A program made the translations under genes and the position numbers. From the NCBI GenBank assembly GCA_000004985.1, contig GG739374.1: 1,582 bases of DNA. One strand, written 5' to 3'. Positions within the stretch are counted from its first letter, which is position 1; each line of letters opens with the position of its first letter. Of this stretch, positions 1-1,582 are shown piece by piece. The DNA comes from Naegleria gruberi (taxonomy: Eukaryota). A model generated the notes under the pieces. That model was given only the letters and a program-made list of their open reading frames with translations. It was not told the DNA's origin and searched no databases.

Positions 1-183
1 TATTTTGTGATGATGATGAAGGGGATTGCTTTGTATGACTAGTATCCTCAAATGAAGTATCATCATATGGATTCCAAAACCTCCTTCCTCTTCTTCTTCT
101 TCGTCGGCTTCCTCCTCTTCCACGTCTCCAATTCTATCTTCCTCCTCTTCTTGGTAGGTTTGGTTGTAGCGCCCAAAAGACAT
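1..183 (-). CDS. 5' end of a protein-coding gene, with the start codon at 181-183 (plus-strand CAT) and the remainder continuing past the left window edge. The N-terminus reads MSFGRYNQTYQEEEEDRIGDVEEEEADEEEEEEGGFGIHMMILHLRILVIQSNPLHHHHKI..., an acidic Glu-rich protein of unknown family. An intron may begin after the E-tract, at a possible donor AG|GTTTTG near 79-87 on the minus strand.
   Basis: This is the first in-frame ATG after an upstream TAA, which lies 5 codons upstream. Its context is excellent and A-rich: AAAAAAATGTCT. The frame is open for all 61 codons to the window edge. E2F and CCAAT promoter elements lie 43-66 bp upstream on the same strand. The reading frame is ambiguous, because the GAA/GAG polypurine tract is open in all three frames. 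The track's ORF 63..266(-) is the +1 frame, a K/R-rich product that would have to contain the E2F sites inside coding sequence and has a poor ATG context (C at -3). I therefore prefer the E-rich frame. Confidence 0.45.
   Translation of the reverse strand, partial: MSFGRYNQTYQEEEEDRIGDVEEEEADEEEEEEGGFGIHMMILHLRILVIQSNPLHHHHKI
81..152. repeat. Polypyrimidine/polypurine tract about 72 nt long and ~90% pyrimidine on the plus strand. It is made of CTT/CCT triplet-like units and contains a 13-nt direct repeat CTTCCTCCTCTTC at 108-120 and again at 138-150. It encodes the Glu-rich repeats EEEE(A)D on the minus strand.
   Basis: This is directly visible: CTCCTTCCTCTTCTTCTTCTTC...CTTCCTCCTCTTC...CTTCCTCCTCTTCTTGG. 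The 13-mer recurs with a 30-nt (10-codon) period. Confidence 0.85.
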
Positions 184-224
184 TTTTTTAAATTTGTTTT
201 AAAAACTGAATGGAAATGTAAATT

Positions 225-250
225 ATTGGCGCCAAACTTTTCCCGCCAAC
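225..250 (-). promoter_or_regulatory. Composite cell-cycle promoter module with two adjacent E2F consensus sites and an overlapping CCAAT box. The first site is TTTGGCGC on the minus strand (229-236), inside the perfect 10-bp palindrome TTGGCGCCAA (226-235). The second is TTTCCCGCC on the plus strand (239-247). The CCAAT is on the minus strand (ATTGG at 225-229). The module lies 43-66 bp upstream of the minus-strand ATG at 183.
   Basis: Both sites match the E2F consensus TTTSSCGC exactly. The palindromic TTTGGCGCCAAA-type arrangement resembles the overlapping inverted E2F sites of the mammalian DHFR promoter, and the plant E2F sites reported in RNR, PCNA and MCM promoters are of the TTTCCCGC type. 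E2F-site positioning is typically close to the transcription start site. The GC-rich 8-mers stand out in ~70% AT sequence. Confidence 0.45.
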
Positions 251-384
251 CTACAAGAACGTACATCTGCTTATTGTTTGTTATTTAATAGTCACAAACA
301 AAATCAAAAAATTACGACAATTCTGATCCGAGGATAATGAGGAAGAAGAAAAAAAATTGTCTGACATTGAAGACTCAAAATTAG

Positions 385-394
385 TTTTATAAAA
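385..394 (-). promoter_or_regulatory. TATA-like element TTTTATAAAA, which is palindromic and so gives TATAAAA on both strands. It lies ~200 bp upstream of the minus-strand ATG at 183 and may mark an alternative or upstream transcription start site.
   Basis: There is an exact TATAAAA match. However, it is ~140 bp upstream of the E2F module, which normally sits near the transcription start site, so its relevance is uncertain. TATA-like strings also occur by chance in AT-rich DNA. Confidence 0.2.
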
Positions 395-833
395 TTAAAA
401 AGAGAACTATTGAACTTTGAAGATAGTGATATTTCCATTGCATAATTTTGTTCTGCATATTCTTCTTGAATTTTCAATTCATATGAGTTAGTCTCGTATT
501 CTTCCTCTGTACTCAACCATCTCAAAGATAACAATGTTTACCAAATATCCATTAAATTCAATTATGGAGATAGAATCTTAATGGAAATGATGGAAAACGA
601 AATTTGGGCTTTGGAAACAAGTACAAGTTACTAGTTCAATCAAATGAAACACCAAACCTGATGGGTTTTAGTGTTGAATATAGGAGAGGAAGAAACTATT
701 TTAATATCCATAATGAAACCGATATTTACAATTTTCAAAGTTGCTATTGGTGATTGGGATTTTTTTGTTGATTAACCCGTACGAGCTTTTTCTTTCTCAC
801 TCTGGATGTGATCTTTAAAATGAGCATATTTTC

Positions 834-868
834 TTACTCACTCCAATAGTGAGAGAAGAAGTGAGTAA
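834..868. repeat. Inverted repeat TTACTCACT (834-842) and AGTGAGTAA (860-868), 9 bp perfect with a 17-nt spacer. The spacer contains a further AGTGAG copy at 849-854 that pairs with CTCACT at 837-842 around a 6-nt loop. A third CTCAC copy lies upstream at 796-801.
   Basis: Read directly from the sequence: ttcttactcactccaatagtgagagaagaagtgagtaaa. Confidence 0.6.
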
Positions 869-988
869 ATAGTATGATAATTTATATTGAATTTTTTCTT
901 GTTTTCTTTATTAAATTGAGTAGTGTAGAGATGTATCTTCGGTTTGAATGAATGAAATTGTTGTTATTCAATCCAAACAGCAAATCGG

Positions 989-1027
989 ATCACTTTGATT
1001 TCTATCAGCTCTCACTTTGAAAGTGAT
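989..1027. repeat. Inverted repeat GATCACTTTGA (989-999) and TGAAAGTGATC (1017-1027), 10 of 11 complementary with a 17-nt spacer. The right arm is itself part of a 15-bp near-perfect palindrome TCACTTTGAAAGTGA (1011-1025).
   Basis: Read directly from the sequence: ggatcactttgatttctatcagctctcactttgaaagtgatcatt. Confidence 0.6.
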
Positions 1028-1124
1028 CATTAAAAAAAAAATCAACACAACCTGAAGTGAATATGATATTCTCTCTTCGCAACATGGTCTACAACTACGT
1101 CCATGTGTGATGGGATGAACTAAT

Positions 1125-1138
1125 TATTACTAGTAATA
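1125..1138. repeat. 14-bp perfect AT-rich palindrome TATTACTAGTAATA in the putative 3' flank of the right-hand gene.
   Basis: Read directly from the sequence. It is centred on CTAG at 1130-1133. Confidence 0.5.
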
Positions 1139-1175
1139 TTATTAATAATATAATAACCAATGGTGGTTCAATTAA

Positions 1176-1181
1176 TTTATT
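1176..1181 (-). terminator. Candidate polyadenylation signal AATAAA on the minus strand (plus-strand TTTATT) for the right-hand gene. It lies ~70 nt downstream of the stop codon at 1251-1253 and is followed, in the gene's orientation, by a very AT-rich stretch at 1120-1160.
   Basis: There is an exact AATAAA hexamer at a typical distance from the stop codon. The surrounding sequence is AT-rich and UA-rich, consistent with near and far upstream elements of eukaryotic 3'-end processing. AATAAA-like hexamers are frequent in AT-rich DNA, so this is a moderate call. Confidence 0.35.
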
Positions 1182-1250
1182 ATGAATAGTATCTGTCTTA
1201 TGATGACAATATCTGTATGGTGACGACTTCCAATTATTCTCTCTTGATGA

Positions 1251-1582
1251 TTAATTAATAATACCAACATCATCATCATCACCACATGGTAATACTTCAT
1301 CACATTCTTCATTGAGTTCAATATTGTTATCAATATTCATATTATTATTATTATTAACAATACCATCCGTACTGATATCAGTATTTTGTTCAGCATCTTG
1401 CAATAAGACAGTTGAATTAGAATCCTCATCAACAAGTACCACTTTGGCTCTAGCTGTGGTACCATCATCAACAGCCTTTCTATTGAAGAGTTTACTCTTT
1501 CTATCTTTGAAATTCTTGAGTCTGTGTTTGGATTCTTTCATGAGTGGACAGATTCTTGTCATGATTAAATCCAAAGCTCTGA
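1251..1582 (-). CDS. 3'-terminal coding segment (possibly the last exon) of a gene whose 5' part lies beyond the right window edge. The stop codon TAA is at 1251-1253. The in-frame translation is ...RALDLIMTRICPLMKESKHRLKNFKDRKSKLFNRKAVDDGTTARAKVVLVDEDSNSTVLLQDAEQNTDISTDGIVNNNNNMNIDNNIELNEECDEVLPCGDDDDVGIIN*. The product is unknown: a basic putative NLS patch followed by an acidic, Asn-rich low-complexity C-terminal tail.
   Basis: The reading frame is open for 110 codons on the minus strand and runs off the window edge. The track's M at 1574 is really a TTG codon, and the frame stays open upstream (A, R, ...). Codon usage is strongly biased and coherent: all 5 Arg are AGA, all 4 Gly are GGT, Asp is GAT, and Pro is CCA, unlike the flanking non-coding DNA. 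The (GAT)4 run at 1269-1280 and the (AAT)5 run at 1341-1355 sit in frame as poly-D and poly-N. An AATAAA on the minus strand (plus-strand TTTATT at 1176-1181) lies ~70 nt downstream of the stop. Confidence 0.65.
   Translation of the reverse strand, partial: RALDLIMTRICPLMKESKHRLKNFKDRKSKLFNRKAVDDGTTARAKVVLVDEDSNSTVLLQDAEQNTDISTDGIVNNNNNMNIDNNIELNEECDEVLPCGDDDDVGIIN

Noticed and set aside
63-266. The track's ORF 63..266 (-), 67 aa and K/R-rich.
   Set aside because: It is the +1 frame of the same purine tract, which is open in all frames. Its ATG at 264-266 has a poor context (C at -3). It would place both E2F sites and the CCAAT box inside coding sequence. The alternative frame from ATG 181-183 has an ideal context and a proper promoter position. 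Only transcript or homology data can fully exclude it.
52-288. The track's ORF 52..288 (+), 78 aa, rich in Phe and Leu (…FLFFFFVGFLLF…).
   Set aside because: It is the antisense reading of the GAA/GAG polypurine coding tract, so its poly-F/L content is a compositional artefact. There is no plus-strand promoter, no sensible ATG context, and it overlaps the E2F promoter of the minus-strand gene.
209-590. The 10-mer AATGGAAATG repeated at 209-218 and 581-590.
   Set aside because: About one chance 10-mer repeat is expected in a 1.6-kb AT-rich window, and there is no extended similarity around either copy.
561-620. A cluster of TGGAAA/TGGAGA motifs (4 in 60 bp) with GAA…TTC-like alternation, considered as a heat-shock element.
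   Set aside because: The 5-bp phasing of nGAAn/nTTCn units breaks after two units: GAAtcTTa lacks the C, and the next GAA is out of register. It does not meet the HSE definition of three or more contiguous alternating units.
777-786. The CGTACG palindrome (GTAC core, as in plant SBP/SPL copper-response motifs) and CACGTC at 121-126 (ACGT core).
   Set aside because: These are single short occurrences with no clustering. CACGTC lies inside coding sequence. They are not distinguishable from chance.
672-978. An LTR-like terminal pair: TGTTGAATAT… at 672 and …TATTCAATCCAAACA at ~964-978, reminiscent of the TG…CA / TGTTG…CAACA ends of LTRs.
   Set aside because: The inverted terminal match is imperfect (TATTCAA-TCC-AAACA rather than TATTCAACA). 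There is no flanking target-site duplication and no internal LTR features such as a TATA, poly(A) signal, adjacent PBS or PPT. The ~300-bp size and similarity are within chance for AT-rich DNA.
1199-1250. ATGATGA (box C-like) at 1199-1205 and TGATGA at 1244-1249, considered as a box C/D snoRNA.
   Set aside because: There is no CUGA box D at the appropriate 60-120 nt distance on either strand, and no terminal stem complementarity. The second TGATGA lies in the stop codon and 3' flank of the CDS.
1341-1400. Possible short intron GTATTG…(AAT)n…CAATGAAG inside the right-hand CDS.
   Set aside because: The stretch is in frame and carries the same codon bias as the flanking coding sequence. It is ~62 nt long, shorter than typical plant introns, and poly-N tracts are common in this protein class. 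I kept it as coding but flagged it in the findings.

Overview
This is an AT-rich (~65-70% AT) eukaryotic nuclear window with no prokaryotic signatures: no Shine-Dalgarno sequences, no dense operon packing, and no tRNA, rRNA or CRISPR features. I read two protein-coding genes, both on the minus strand in head-to-tail arrangement, separated by a ~1.07 kb intergenic region. (1) At the right edge (1251..1582, -) is the 3'-terminal coding segment of a gene that continues beyond the window. It ends at a TAA at 1251-1253 and encodes a basic K/R patch followed by an Asn/Asp-rich low-complexity tail (...NNNNNMNIDNN...CGDDDDVGIIN*). (2) At the left edge (1..183, -) is the 5' end of a gene that the ORF track missed because it runs off the window. 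Its ATG at 181-183 has a near-ideal A-rich context (AAAAAAATGTCT) and opens a Glu-rich acidic N-terminus encoded by a ~70-nt polypurine/polypyrimidine tract. The track's ORFs 52..288(+) and 63..266(-) are alternative-frame and antisense artefacts of that tract. 43-66 bp upstream of this ATG sits a compact pair of consensus E2F sites (TTTGGCGC inside the palindrome TTGGCGCCAA, plus TTTCCCGCC) with an adjacent CCAAT box. This is the classic G1/S cell-cycle promoter module. It argues for a plant or animal genome and against budding yeast, even though the codon usage and Kozak context look yeast-like; composition is most consistent with a dicot plant. The intergenic region also contains a candidate poly(A) signal for the right gene, a palindromic TATA-like element, and a cluster of CTCACT/AGTGAG inverted repeats with a nested GATCACTTTGA/TGAAAGTGATC hairpin. 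I cannot assign either protein to a named family from sequence alone, and I say so rather than guess.
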